Below, piece after piece: positions 33,201 to 46,130 of a DNA stretch of 64,000 bases. Positions within the stretch are counted from its first letter, which is position 1. Each line of letters starts with the position of its first letter. Under the pieces are notes generated by a model. That model was not told the DNA's origin and did not search any database. It saw only the letters and a list, made by a program, of their open reading frames with translations. The DNA comes from Octopus vulgaris (Eukaryota), in assembly GCA_951406725.2 (NCBI GenBank), contig OX597826.1:17360001-17424000 (forward strand), in the 5' to 3' direction. The translations under genes were made by a program, and so were the position numbers.

Positions 33201-34129
33201 GCGTGGTCCGAGTGAACTGGTCTGCTCTGCGTATGCGCTTTTAAATTGGAGGAGGACTGAAAAGAGAGGTCGCTTGTCTAAGTGGTCGGGGTTATAAACC
33301 GGATGAGATGATGAATTGTTTGGAAGCTGACGATTTGGCACGATTGACAAGACATTCAGCCTGTTTTGATGACGGTATTTTTGACGTTGGAGATAAACAC
33401 ACACACACATACACACACGCACACACACACACACATACACTCACACACAAACACACTTATACACACTGGCGGGTGCGCGCACGTACGAACGTGTGCAAAA
33501 ATGTATACCTACAGATAGGAGTGAAAGAGAGGGGGAGAGCACACAGAGATAAACGGATAAACAAGAGATGGAATAAAATACTTTTCCTCTCTTCATACAC
33601 ATAGAGAGAAATATGCTCACACACATAAAGAGAGAGAGAGAGAAGGGGAGAGGAAGGGGAGTAACATTAAAAAAATTCGCTGTCAAATAAGTCAACGTCA
33701 AATAATCAACGCCAGACAGGCTGTACCAAAACGTCTTATACCCAACCAATCCTGTTCGAACAGGCTTACTGTCAAAGCCCTTTTTTTTTTTTTTAGCTAT
33801 GATCATCTTATGATCAACTTATCATTTTTCAAGCAAAGTGTAACCCATACTACTTTATCGATTGACTTCCTTTCTGAAGGACGGTGTGTGCTTTCATTAA
33901 TAATAGATTTCTACCTATCGAGAGACCATATTGAGATCCCTCCTTGTCTAGTGACGTTTATGTGCACATACGTACTGAAGCGCGTCAAACAATTTGACTA
34001 ACGCCCTTCAATGCACCAACAGATGTCGCCACAAATATACACATATACATATACATAGACATATACATACAGAATCACACACGCAAATAAACTCAACATA
34101 TAGTCACATATAGCTACGACGCAATAGAT

Positions 34130-35620
34130 TGTTATCAACGAAGTAATCGACCCTCACAAAACCTCTTACATCATCACCATGGGCGACCTCAAAAATAGAG
34201 CAGGAAAATATCGAGTAAAAGTTTCCCCAAGTGAAAAAAATACTGACAGAGAAGACTAAATATTTTCAGGTCAAAAGACCTAAAGTTAAGTCTAAATGAA
34301 AGCATTAAAATAAAATGGACCCATAACATAATGCAGAAATAGGAATTCTGCAATAAACAACAGTCCAGTGTCAGAAGTGACCACGACCTTACACTGAATC
34401 AAGCTCCAGAAATAACATCAGACAAATGGAGCATACAACCGACGAACTGAAGATACGTAGAGGTTTCTCCAGCCAAAAGAACATAACACCAGAAAATTTG
34501 CAAAAGCTAAAGCAACGAAGCAAATTTTCACCTGATGCCTCAAGCAAAGACACAATTCCTGTATGATAACACAAACCAATAATCATTCTATTACACTAGT
34601 AAAAGAAGAAATTACCAAACAAACTATCAACCTTTGTGTCATATACAAGTTAATTGCCTTCTAAGAACAATATGAATGTTATTCCTAATAACCATGACGA
34701 ACATAATTACCAAATAGTTGAACAGAAACAGTCACGTGAACACGCGAGATTTCTAGGTACTTTTTCCACCATTGACCACTTACACAACAAAACCAACTAA
34801 TGGGAAAACCGACAGAATGCAACATTCCATTCTCCGAAGTCAATGTAAACTACCAAAAAGTATTAGACACTAAATGCTAAGTAGTTGCTCCAGCAGTCTT
34901 GACACTTATAACAAACCAACATGCGCATCTTGCAAACCATCAATTACCACGTCAGTTCTTCTATAAGATTAAACAGATTCCCTTTTTAAAAAGCGCAAGA
35001 CTTAGGAAATGTATTTTCCTTAAACTACCCAAAGTTTACTCAAATGTGTTTTGAAACAGAAGAAAAAATTTATATAAAAAATTTTAATTAAAAATTTGTA
35101 GTTCTGGTTGGCCCACCCCGTGTCGAGTGATTTGACCAGGCTATAAAACGTGAAAAATACACTTCATCCATTTGAATCACGATTTTCATTCCTTCCTTTC
35201 ATCAGACACTCAAAACAGCAAATGAAAATATAAAGTTTCAGGAACCTTGAGTCCAGCCAAAACCTCAAACATATATTTAGGGCCTAAGTTACTGCATACA
35301 CTCACTGATATTTACAACTGATCGAATCAACACTGTCAAATTCCAAAAATCGGAAATTATATCAATTCTAAAATAAACAATGGCAGTTACATCATAGAGA
35401 TCCATCATTCTCTTCGTTGAACACTTAAAATCAGATAAAGATATCATTAACCCACAAATTCCCATTCAGACAAAAATAATATACAACACCCAAGAGCACT
35501 ACTAAACTCTAATAACAATACTCTAATAACCACGATCTCTCTCATTCAACCTACAAAAAAGGCATCATGAATACATACACAGAGAAACTGTTGTAACGTC
35601 TTATAACCCACGATAAGGAT
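34130..35620 (+). mobile_element. Decayed RTE-clade LINE relic
   Basis: IITMGDLKNRAG (APE GDFN region); FSTIDHLH..NQLMGK..ECNIPF...VNYQKVLD (RT); degenerate KGVRQGDxISPKL at ~34990. Confidence 0.6.
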
Positions 35621-35894
35621 TTTTCCCAGACTGAATAGCATATGTATCTTTTATTGTGTATGTGTGTTAATGGGTGAGGATTGTCTCATCGGATCGATTA
35701 TGATAGATAGACGAGCAAACACACAGACACACTAAAGCGTCGATGTGCACACACGCATGAATATGATTATTTCGAATGGCTGTCGGACAACTTGCTCTAT
35801 TCAGATATGGGTAATTAACAGATAGATAGATAGACAAATGCATACATGCCTATATGGACATATATATATATGTGTGTGCGTGTGTGTGTATGTA

Positions 35895-35951
<57 letters not shown>

Positions 35952-35977
35952 GTACATATACAACATACATACATATA

Positions 35978-36176
35978 AGAGGGGGTACTGACTGAAAAGT
36001 TCCTGGGTTTGGGTAAAAGAAAATACAAGAGTATCAGTTAATTATGATGTTATTCAACATATTCTCCTTTCAGTTTCATACACTTGTTGCAGGGGTCCTT
36101 CAGCTTTTCTAAGCCCTGTAAAAGAACTCAGAATATTCGTGATACCCTTAAAGAGAAACTTTTCAGCATCCCCTGA
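35978..36176. mobile_element. Mariner-derived MITE
   Basis: TIRs GAGGGGGTACTG..GAAAAGTT / AACTTTTCAGCATCCCCT; minus strand retains the transposase C-terminus CMKLKGEYVE*. Confidence 0.65.
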
Positions 36177-36194
36177 TATATAATATATATGTAT

Positions 36195-36485
36195 GAAACT
36201 GGAACTCCGTTGATTACGACGACGAGTGTTCCGGGAGATATGATCAACGAAACAGCCTGCTCATGAAATAAAAGTGTAAGTGGTTGAGCACTCCACAGAC
36301 ACGCGTAATCTTAACCTGTTTCTCGGAGAGATTCAGCGGGACATACAGATAGTGACAAGGCTGCACCAACAGCGTGGACTGGAGCAACGTGAAATAAAAT
36401 ACCTTGCACAAGAACATAACGCAATGCCGGGAATCAAACTCATTACCTTAGGATCCTCAGCCGAATACGCAAACCACTAAGCTAT
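36195..36485 (-). mobile_element. tRNA-derived SINE family C
   Basis: Minus strand TAGCTTAGTGG (A box)...GAGTTTGATTCCC (B box)...GTTCTTGTGCAAGG...TTTATTTCACGTTGCTCCAGTCCAC. Confidence 0.65.
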
Positions 36486-36516
36486 ATACATGTATGTATC
36501 TAGGTGTGTGTGTGTG

Positions 36517-36579
<63 letters not shown>

Positions 36580-36585
36580 TTGTAT

Positions 36586-37082
36586 ACGTAGACTGACCAG
36601 TAAGTATCCGGACTGTTGCCATCACAACGAAGCTAAAGCACGCAGAGTAAAGCTGCTTGGCACAGGTTGACCTTAAACTCTGCTGTGCATGCGCACTAAG
36701 TTTTAACGGTCTAGCTCACTTCCGCTGTTTACAGCAGTGCTTGGAAGTAACGTGTGTAGCGTGCGATCATCGCATTAACCAAAACAGAGAAAGTTGAGCA
36801 GAGAATCTGCATCAAATTTTGTCAAAAGCTAGGCGATACCTGCTCAGGGGCCTACGCAAAGTTTTCAAAATGTTTTCATCGTTCTCAACACAATCAAGGA
36901 GATCTTGTGCAAATGAAACCCGAGTGTCTTCTTTGTCAGCTGAAAGCACGAACTTGGCAGACACGCGTCCCATACCCAAATATTCAATGATAATGGACTG
37001 AACTGAACCGCAACTAATTTGCACATCCTCTGATAACTTATCGATGCTGATTCGACCATTTCCCGTCACAGCTACACGACTT
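36586..37082 (+). mobile_element. Rearranged mariner fragment (left end and N-terminus on +, following segment inverted)
   Basis: Plus: EQRICIKFCQKLGDTCS.AYAK. Minus 37082-36860: GRISIDKLSEDVQISCGSVQSII.EYLGM.RVSAKFV...RVSFAQDLLD.VEND. Confidence 0.75.
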
Positions 37083-37084
37083 AT

Positions 37085-38197
37085 AAAACACTTATAGAAA
37101 ATAGTAAACGACGAACAAATGTGATACCTACAGAACAACTGAGGGCAACACGAGAAAGACGAATCCATCAACGGAATACAATACCATTTCTACTAACACA
37201 CAATCTGCATCACCAAAACATGTTTAACATCATAAAAGCAAATTTGCCAATCATGAAACAAAGTGAAAAATTAAAAGACATTAATAACTAATCAAAAGGC
37301 AACCACATAACCTAAAGAAACTATTAACAAAGGCAAAATTCAACATGAACAAACAGGATAAAACGTTCACAGTATCGAAGTGTAATAACAGATGTGGATC
37401 GTGTCAATACATGCATACGGGTAGATCCATTAGAACAAAAAAGGGATAGATTTTCACAAACGCAGATATGAACTGCAAAAGCAAAAATTTGATCTACTGC
37501 ATTAAATGCCCTAATTGGGAGGAACTATATATTGGCGACATAGGGAACGCATTATCGGAACGCTCACGAGTCCACAGATAGCAAATCCAGAACACTGATG
37601 TCCGCCAAATTCCATCGAGCGAACATATAGAAACATGTGGTCAGAAAATATTTCTAATTTTTCCTTTCCACAAACCGCATGACACAAGTGAAGTTGGAAG
37701 AAAAATAAAAGAAAAACACTTTATTAAAATGTTCAATTCTGTTCTGAACGGAAAAAAAAACAATGATATAACAATCAGTTAATGATGTTAAATATCTTTA
37801 ACATATGAATAGAAACAAATTACAGAAGACTCCCACGGATCGAAATAAAAACGATCAAAACCAACTAAGTTTGCTCACTCATAAAGCCATTACATGTAAA
37901 CCGCAAGCTAATTGGTTAAACTAAAGTCGGGATACGTGCCAGTAATATTGGTGGCGATAAAGCTGCATGCGGATTGGTCAAAACTGTATTCGAAAAATTC
38001 AGCTTGTCGGAGCTTTCTAAACTCAACTGTCAGTTCAATACATTCTGAAATCTGATGATTACTACGAACGTATGGAAGCGCTAATTGAACTTTATGAACA
38101 TTGCAAAATATTTTTTTAAGGTTTAACACACTTCAACATTGTAAAAAATTTTTTTAATAATAAAAAACGTGGAAACCAGACCATGTTGTAACTTTAT
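37085..38197 (+). mobile_element. Penelope-like element (Neptune-type), GIY-YIG endonuclease remnant plus 3' pLTR
   Basis: KRQPHNLKKLLTKA, SKCNNRCGSC, NCKSKNLIYCIKCPN.EELYIGD.GN.LSER.RVH, EHIETCG, FPFHK; 3' region has a hammerhead at 38049-38086; ends at (TA)n. Confidence 0.85.
38049..38086 (+). ncRNA. Minimal hammerhead motif, GAAA mutated to GGAA
   Basis: AAT-CTGATGA-TTACTACGAACGTAT-GGAA-GCGC-TA-ATT; the intact version is at 42860-42897. Confidence 0.55.
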
Positions 38198-38201
38198 TCA
38201 A

Positions 38202-38239
<38 letters not shown>

Positions 38240-38240
<1 letters not shown>

Positions 38241-38451
38241 TTCTCCCTAGCTCTCCTGTGTGACCCTTCTGTCCGGCCTTCGCCATGATAGATCGCTAGC
38301 CACTACACATTCTTTATTTTCTCTCCTTGTTTCTTTCTGTGTTCCTTTCAGTGGAAGAGCGTAGGCTCGAAACGTTAAAGACTTTTTCACTTCCTGGACG
38401 TTATACTAATACATCTGTTTGTTGTCTGCACCGCCTGTCTTCGTCTTTTGT

Positions 38452-38455
<4 letters not shown>
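38240..38455 (+). mobile_element. PLE 3'-terminal module with variant hammerhead (38344-38380)
   Basis: CTTT-CAGTGGA-A-GAGC-GTAG-GCTC-GAAACGTT-AAAG; homologous to 45640-45795. Confidence 0.65.
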
Positions 38456-38535
<80 letters not shown>

Positions 38536-38645
38536 TATTACTCTACCTCTGGTATTTGAGTACTCTTTTTTCCACCTTGTATCACATTTATGTGTTTACT
38601 CCGGTATATATATAGAGAGAGGGGGAGAGAGAGACAGACAGACAG

Positions 38646-38685
<40 letters not shown>

Positions 38686-39123
38686 CAGAGAGTGTAAGTA
38701 GTTACACAGAGAGTTTAGTAACTGCCAAATCATTTATTATAGAAATAACTGCTGTTTCGTTGACTCGATTTGAGATTCTGGGATGGCGGGATTCTGGAAA
38801 AAATCTAACAATGGTAAATTAGTATTTTATTCAAGAGATTTATTCCTCTTCTGCGGAAAACGAAATTGGGAATCAAAAAGGGTTTGCTTAAAAATTCTTT
38901 GTCGATTAAATTGAGTCCAGGATATTACTGGTATTTTTATCATTGAATTAATGATAAACTGAGAAAAATGCTGAAGCCACCACTCAAAATACAGTTTACA
39001 TTCAATTCATTTCCATTACATTCTCAGTTCTTTCCACTCCAATATCAATTATAAATGATGCCCATCGGTCTTCTCGACTAGGTCTGGCCTAAATTCAACA
39101 AACTCATAAAATTATAAACAGCT

Positions 39124-39525
39124 AGGCGTTGGAGTGGCTGTGTGGTAAGTAGCTTGCTTACCAACCACATGGTTCCGGGTTCAGTCCCACTGCGTGGCAC
39201 CTTGGACAAGTGTCTTCTACTATAGCCTCGGGCCGACCAAAGCCTTGTGAGTAGATTTGGTAGACGGAAACTGAAAGAAGCCTGTCGTATATATATGTGT
39301 GTGTGTGTGTATTTGTGTGTCCGTGTTTGTCCCCCCCACCATCGCATGACAACCGATGGTGGTGTGTTTACGTCGCCGTCACTTAGCGCTTCGGAGATAG
39401 AGACCGATAGAATAAGTACTAGGCTTACAAAGAATAAGTCCTGGGGTCGATTTGCTCGACTAAAAAGGCGGTGCTCCAGCATGGCCACAGTCAAATGACT
39501 GAAACAAGTAAAAGAGTAAAAGAGC
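39124..39525 (+). mobile_element. Full-length young SINE family B
   Basis: GTGGCTGTGTGGTAAG (A box), GGTTCAGTCCC (B box), GCACCTTGGACAAGTGTCTT (CORE-like), tail GACTGAAACAAGTAAAAGAGTAAAAGAG. Confidence 0.92.
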
Positions 39526-40066
39526 TAAACCATAAATATCTATATTTTTATCAGCGAAGCTCATATCATATTGATCATTTTTTAATTCAAATCCCGATAT
39601 GAGCAAAATTAGACCTTCAGTTGTACATAGGAAGGAACAGGAAATAAACCACTTTTTCAGTAGATTGCTGCATATGTGAGGTGTGCTGCAAAGATGCTGG
39701 TTGATTAGATGAGGCAACAGCTCACAAATTTGCTATGAACCAAATGTATATGGGATACATTTATCAGCAACTTCAGCAACATCTGTAACAGTATCAGTGT
39801 TGGCGATATTTAATCAACAACAGCAATAAAAGCAAAATAAGCGACAACAGTATTGGAAATAACAACAATAACGCAAAATCAATAACGGTAACCTTTAGAA
39901 TTAGTTCACCACTTGAGATAAACAGTCTAATCAGGTGAATACAAGTAAGGAATTCTCACGAGATATCGCCATGTTCCTGTACCAGAGAGTAGCAGTAGAA
40001 TCTTTCAACTTTTCTTTCTGCGAAACGAACATAAGGTTAAAAAATTAGATTGAAAGGATATATGTG

Positions 40067-40196
<130 letters not shown>

Positions 40197-40861
40197 AAAG
40201 AAGTAAAACGGGTTAATAAATCCAAGCAGATATCGATAAAACTAGTTTGCTTAACTCTATCAAACAATCAGGTACCAATGAATGCAAGTAGAATAAACAT
40301 CCCAGGTAATTTTCCATGAGCGACAAGTAAATCCATACATTCTATATGCATGTTTATTTACGTATGTTAGTTAATCAAAATGTGTTCATGCCACCGGAGA
40401 TGCTTGATAAGGTTTTAATTTGAAGTAGATTTGTGTATTTGCACCTACAACGGCATCCAATCATCTGCTTTTCACTTTTTAAAGCAAAAGTCTGTGAAAC
40501 CTCATTAATTGAATAATATCACTAAGTTGTCGTAAAACAACCTGGCTCGAATTTTCGAAATTATTTTCTTCGGCAATTGACACCCATTGTAAACATAAAA
40601 CTTTATAACAATTTAATTTGATTTTTCTGTGTTTAAAGTTGTTTCGATGGGGATTTTCTTGCTTTTTAATTTAAGAGCTTTGTTTATTTGATTTTTAGAA
40701 AAGTATTTCTCTTTAGTGTTAATGATGTTGATTCTTTCGCAATTATGTTTTTGTTAATCATTTCCTCTTGATGATAAAAATCATTACGGTGTGCATACAA
40801 AATTGAGGGCCCTCTGTTCTAATTCTCTTTACCAAAGCAACATTTATGAAAAAGTAAATAT

Positions 40862-41025
40862 TGATTTCAAATTTTGGCACAAGGCAAACAATTTTGGAGG
40901 GAGGGGGTAAGTTGATTACATTGACCCCATTGCTCAACTGATACTTATTTTTTGGAACCCGAAAGAATGGAAAGCAAAGTCCAATCTCGGCGAAATTTGA
41001 ACTCGGAACATAAGGACGGACGAAG
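40862..41025 (-). mobile_element. SINE family A partial
   Basis: TTTGGCACAAGGC...TTGATTACATTGACCCC...GCAAAGTCCAATCTCGGCGAAATTTGAACTC. Confidence 0.75.
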
Positions 41026-41919
41026 ATTCTGAAGGCCAGGATAAAAATATTATAGAACATATTATCTTATCTTGTGATATATGCTGCGAGAGTTTTCGAA
41101 CTTAGATACTTAAAAAGAATTAAACTTCGACAGTGTTAGTAAAATATATGGTTCTCAGTTTTGATGGTGTGTATTCAGCTGTTCAATCTACTGAAGTGTT
41201 CTTTGAAATAGTGCATAGTGTTTAAAAGTTCTCGTATCGATAATCCGAGTTCCAATAATATGCTGTGGTCGATCCACGAGACTGTGTCTCCTCATAGTAA
41301 AACTTTAGTATGTGATCTAGGAAAAAAAACTTACCATTTCGATCTACTTTCCTTATGTCTTTTGTTTTGTATACGTCTTTTATTCTCAAAGAGGTCACAA
41401 ATGCATTTTCTAAAATATTGAAATGTAAAATTAAAATTAAGTATCGTAGTTGATTATTGAATAATACTTAATTTTATAAATTTACTTTCAGCTAAAGTAA
41501 ACTATAACGCCTTTATTAGTAGTTGAAATTCGCAACACTAACCTAAACCTGTTTTTAACACACAAGTTAACAAGAGTGGAGTAACACTATGTCTGACACA
41601 ATGTACGTTAAATATTAGAAACAAGATTAAAAATCAGGAATAAATGTCTTAATTAACTAAATGTGTGAATAATTACGTAGCGAGTCTACGACAGCTATAG
41701 GCTTGTGCTACAAATTGTTACTTCTGATCAACGCATTTGATTGCTGACAGCCAGTAATTATCGTTTGAAATTAAGTTTTATTGATCATCTGTTAAAACAC
41801 TTAATTTCAATTTAAGTTTAAAATGTCATTATGTTTATGTATTTATTTTGCAAGATTCCTGATGTGAAATCTTGTTCTGAAACAAGATACTGTTATATTT
41901 CAGGATAGTAATTTTTTTA

Positions 41920-42100
41920 TTGCCAAATAAACACACGCACTGTATATTCGTTCTTTAGCTCAGAACAGGAGACAAGTGGGATCGAGAGTGCTGAAAAGGT
42001 CACAGGATGCCTGACGAAAGATTTCCAGACACAGGTCATGGAATAAGAACAATAATAAATCTGAAGTGAATAATGTATAGTGCGTGTGTTTATTTGGCAA
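41920..42100. mobile_element. MITE with perfect 22-bp TIRs; partial second copy ~43725-43856
   Basis: TTGCCAAATAAACACACGCACT / AGTGCGTGTGTTTATTTGGCAA; internal GACGAAAGATTTCC.GACA shared with ~43758. Confidence 0.75.
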
Positions 42101-42501
42101 GAAAAAATATCATCGTCCCGAAATATAAAAATATTTAAAATGTCAATATTCCTGAAAATATATTTGTCCCTATTCAATGAATAAATTAACGTACATAGCG
42201 ATACCTCCCTTCGTATTCTGTGGGTTCATCATAGAATACGATTTGTGCTACTGATTCCTACATGTTATTTAGTGTGTCTGTAACAAATTCAAGTTAGTTC
42301 TCTGACTGGTTACTTTCAATCGAGCCTTTATGATATACATTTTACTCGATCGTCAATAACGATCCTTATTTTTAATTTAATTTTACATATCAATATTTGG
42401 GAAATTACATTTGTCCCTTACCCATACAATGAATATTTTAACGTACATATTCTTACCTCTCTTGATACCCATTTATTTCAATCCGGTGACAATTCAACAC
42501 T

Positions 42502-42645
42502 CGGCGAGCTGGCAGGATCGTTTATATGCTGGGTTTCGTCCGTCTTGACGTTCTGAGTATAAATTCTGCCGAGGTCGACTTTGCCTTCCATCTTTTCGGG
42601 GTGGATAAAATAAATACCAATTGGTCTTGTGCCAAAATTTGAAAT
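42502..42645 (+). mobile_element. SINE family A, internally deleted
   Basis: CGGCGAGCTGGCAGGATCGTT...AAATTCTGCCGAGGTCGACTTTGCCTTCCATC. Confidence 0.8.
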
Positions 42646-42744
42646 CATTATTTTAATACTCTAACTACAAGTGACGTTAAAGGACAGAGCATAAGTACAA
42701 ACAACAGAATCGCAGATATACTTACCAACTCATAAATATATATA

Positions 42745-43220
42745 TTAGTTGAATAAAGTTACAACATGGTCTGGTTTCCATGATTTTTTATTATTGCATT
42801 AATTTTTTTTTATGTGTGTTAAACACTGAAAACAATATTGTGTAATGTTCATAAAGTTCAATTAGCGCTTTCATACGTTCGTAGTAATCATCAGATTTCA
42901 AAATGTATTGACTGACAGTTGAGTTGAGTGTTAATCATCAGATTTCAAAATGTATTGACTGACAGTTGAGTTGAGTGTGTTAACAACTGTAATAAAATGA
43001 CTGACTTCTTCCTTTTTATATCTTTTAGAAAGCTCCGACAAGCTGAATTTTTCGAATACGGTTTTGACCAATCAACATGCAGCTTAAGCGTCACGGTCTG
43101 CTGGGCGCACCGATATTACTGGCATAGCTTGCAGTTTACGTGTAATGGTTTTATGAGTGAGCAAACTTAGTTGGTTTCTATCGTTTTTATTTCAATCCGT
43201 GGGAGTCTTCTGTAATTTGT
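42745..43220 (-). mobile_element. Solo pLTR of the PLE family at 37085-38197
   Basis: Reverse complement of 37810-38195; internal 47-bp tandem duplication at 42885-42978. Confidence 0.85.
42860..42897 (-). ncRNA. Minimal type-I hammerhead ribozyme motif (intact core)
   Basis: Minus: AAT-CTGATGA-TTAC(TACGAAC)GTAT-GAAA-GCGC-TA-ATT; palindromic stem III AGCGCT. Confidence 0.7.
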
Positions 43221-44065
43221 ATATATTTGTATATATTTGTATATATTTATATGTTAAAGACTGAAGGGGGAAAATAAACAGATACAAATACCGTAATATA
43301 TATATAATTGACATATATGCACTAGGATAAATATTAAAAACAAATTAGAGACAAAAAACTGTATAAAGGGCACGGATACAAACAACACAGGAAACAAACT
43401 CATATACACACACAAACACACAAACTTCACAGACGAGCGTAACAATATCAGCAACACGAATGGCAACAACAAAAACAACAACTACTACCATGATGGCAGC
43501 AGCGTGGGAGAACACACAGACACAGTGAGTTACAAGAACGGTACAAAAAGTCATGTTCAAGTGCAGCTGCAGCTGCAACGGAGTAGGGGACGGGGCTGAA
43601 GGAAGGGTCATAATGCTACTAAGAACAATAACACAGACACACACACACAAATACAGACGCATACGGATATAATGATACACATCGTAAAAGAACAGAATGG
43701 AATAAGCAGAGCAAGAGCACACACGCAGAAAGTGTCGGTGAGGAGATTACAGATGTGTGACGAAAGATTTCCGGACAATGGACATGAGTTAGAATAAGAA
43801 CAGTAATAAACGAGTGAAGAAGGAATATATAGTACGTGTGTTTATTTGGCGAAAAAAGTGACCATACAATATATATATACATATATATATATATACAAAA
43901 TTTAGAATATTGACCACTAAAAGTGGACAGCCTGTATGCTAGATATAGACGTCAAAATCGCCATTTCCCACGGAGAGTGTGTTCTCAAGAAAAATTTCAG
44001 TAAAAAAAACCAAAGCGTAAAAATAAGCAAGACAAATGAAAATATACGAAATAAAAAACGATTAC

Positions 44066-44141
44066 CTATGTACTAATTAGTTTCACTTGTTAATAATTTA
44101 CGTATATGAATACATAAACATCTGAAAGTTCATCAGCATAG
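44066..44141 (-). ncRNA. Type-I hammerhead ribozyme motif (canonical)
   Basis: Minus: CTATG-CTGATGA-ACTT-(37 nt)-AAGT-GAAA-CTAATTAG-TA-CATAG. Perfect 5-bp stem I, 4-bp stem II, palindrome ACTAATTAGT, GUA cleavage triplet. Confidence 0.8.
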
Positions 44142-44399
44142 TCTGTCGTTTACGAAACACAAAATCTAGAACTAGATACAGGGCGCTCGACCGAAATCCA
44201 ACATTCTATAAAGTTCCACAAATTATATTTTTGTGTATCTTTCAAATTCCTTCACTTTGGCGCACTGATATCGAAATTACTCTGCAGTTAATAAACTACA
44301 GCAGTCAATCTACCGACTAGAGAACATTTTTTTATTTCAAAATTAAATAAGGGTAGAAATTGATATTAATCAATTAAAACCAGTGGCTGAGCATATTTA

Positions 44400-45793
44400 A
44401 AAATACCTATTATTTAACTCTTGCCACCCCAAACACATAAAATTAATATACCTTTTAATCTAGCGAAAAGAATCTGTACCATAGTTTCGGATACCTATAC
44501 TTGTGAACAAAGACTCCTTGAACTTAGATCAATACTACTTAAAAGACATTACCCAATCTCATTAATAAATGATGGCATTAAACGAGCTAAGGAAATAGAT
44601 ATACAAACATTAAGGGAAGCCAGCCGAAATACTAAACCAGACTTAAAAATACTCCCGTACATTTCCACACATAACCCTAGAAACAACGAAGCCGTCAACA
44701 TTAACACCCAAAATCCTCCCATCCTCACAGCAGACAAAACAATGAACGAAATTTTAAGCTCATACAAAATTATAAAAAGCAAAATGCAACCGAAGTCACT
44801 GAAAAAATATTAACCAACGCAAGGCTATATCCACTAACAACGGAGCCAAAAGTGAAAAAATTTGGTCGTCCTAACTATGGAACATGTCCCACCTTCTGGA
44901 GGGTTCAGAATTCTACTTTAAACAAGGTGAAATATTTAAGATCAAATCAAATTTCACCTGTACCTCGGAAAATCTAATCTATGCCATGACATGCTAAGGA
45001 TATGGTAACACTATATTGGACAAACAGGAATATCACTCCGTCGAAGAACCACTATCCACAAAGAACAAATCTGCCACCCACAATACAGACAGTTACAGGT
45101 TAGTGAACACATAGAAAGGTGTGCTAGGAATCTTAATCCCAATTTCCAAATTTTCCCCTTCTATCAATGTTCACAGAACACCTCAATGCAACAAAGAATG
45201 AATAAAGAGGCAACTTTCATCAATAAATATATTCCCCAACTAAATATGAACACGTAACATAATACAGAACACTACTAATCCTTCAATTAATACCACTAAC
45301 CCCCATACATCCCATACACCATTCACATTACAATTCTATATCTAACCTAATTGCACGAAATCCAGAACTACTTACCTCCCTTACAAATAATCGTTTTACT
45401 CAAGAACTATTAAACCTGACACCGTTAATTAGCCGGTGTTCATTCAAAGCAAGGAATAGTATCTCATGAAACCGCGGTATGCTTGAATCTCTTTAATAAC
45501 CTCATAATAATGTCTTTTATGACTTTTATTACTTTTATTCCTACCTCAGTTCATCTAATTGTATATATCTGTCGTTACCTTTCATAAAAAGCCTTTACTT
45601 TTTTATTTACAATGTGCATTTTCGTTGATTTTTCTTACTTTTCCCCTCTCCTTGTTTTTTCTATGTCCCTTTCTGTAGAAGAGCGTAGGCTAGAAACGTA
45701 AAAGACTTATCTATTCCTGAGCGTTATACTAATATACCTGTTTGTTTTGTACACCACCTGTCTTCGTCTTTTGTTTTTCCGTAAACTCTCCCT

Positions 45794-45795
<2 letters not shown>
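44400..45795 (+). mobile_element. 5'-truncated Neptune-type Penelope-like element (RT thumb, Cys linker, GIY-YIG, 3' pLTR with variant hammerhead 45668-45704)
   Basis: YLLFNSCHPKH, NIPFNLAKRICTIVSD, LPYISTHNP, GRPNYGTCP, FTCTSENLIYAMTC..YIGQTG.SLRRRTTIH, EHIERC, IFPFY; ends in (TA)n. Confidence 0.88.
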
Positions 45796-45847
<52 letters not shown>

Positions 45848-45849
<2 letters not shown>

Positions 45850-46130
45850 CTTAGGTTTCGGCCAGTATAGGCCCAGGCCATGTCTACCTTAATAGCACCA
45901 CCTGGTGAAGTCTTTTAGATCATGATGCACACCTCAGTCATATAGTTATTATTGTTGGCGACATATCCGGGTGTAGGGCATTCGTGCGGGATCTGGGAGA
46001 GAAATACGTCCAGAGAACTTCTGAATTTTATGGGATCTGTTTCCCAGGAGGAGGAGGAGGTGGAGGAGGTATGTTGAAGGAAATGAGGACAGTGATGAGC
46101 GCGGTAGCTTTACTGTCTTATTTTCTTTCC
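45848..46130 (-). mobile_element. 3' end of a CR1-group LINE
   Basis: Minus: ETDPIKFRSSLDVFLSQIPHECPTPGY..NNN, then 3' UTR GGTGGTGCT...CATGGCCTGGGCCTATACTGGCCGAAACC. Confidence 0.6.

Noticed and set aside
39124-39200. tRNA-like A/B boxes
   Set aside because: Head of SINE-B; no full cloverleaf, and it continues into the SINE body.
40236-40275. Minus-strand CTGATTG...CAAACTAGT, possible dead hammerhead in a PLE-like relic (40200-41430)
   Set aside because: Both core boxes are mutated and the protein remnants are too weak to call.
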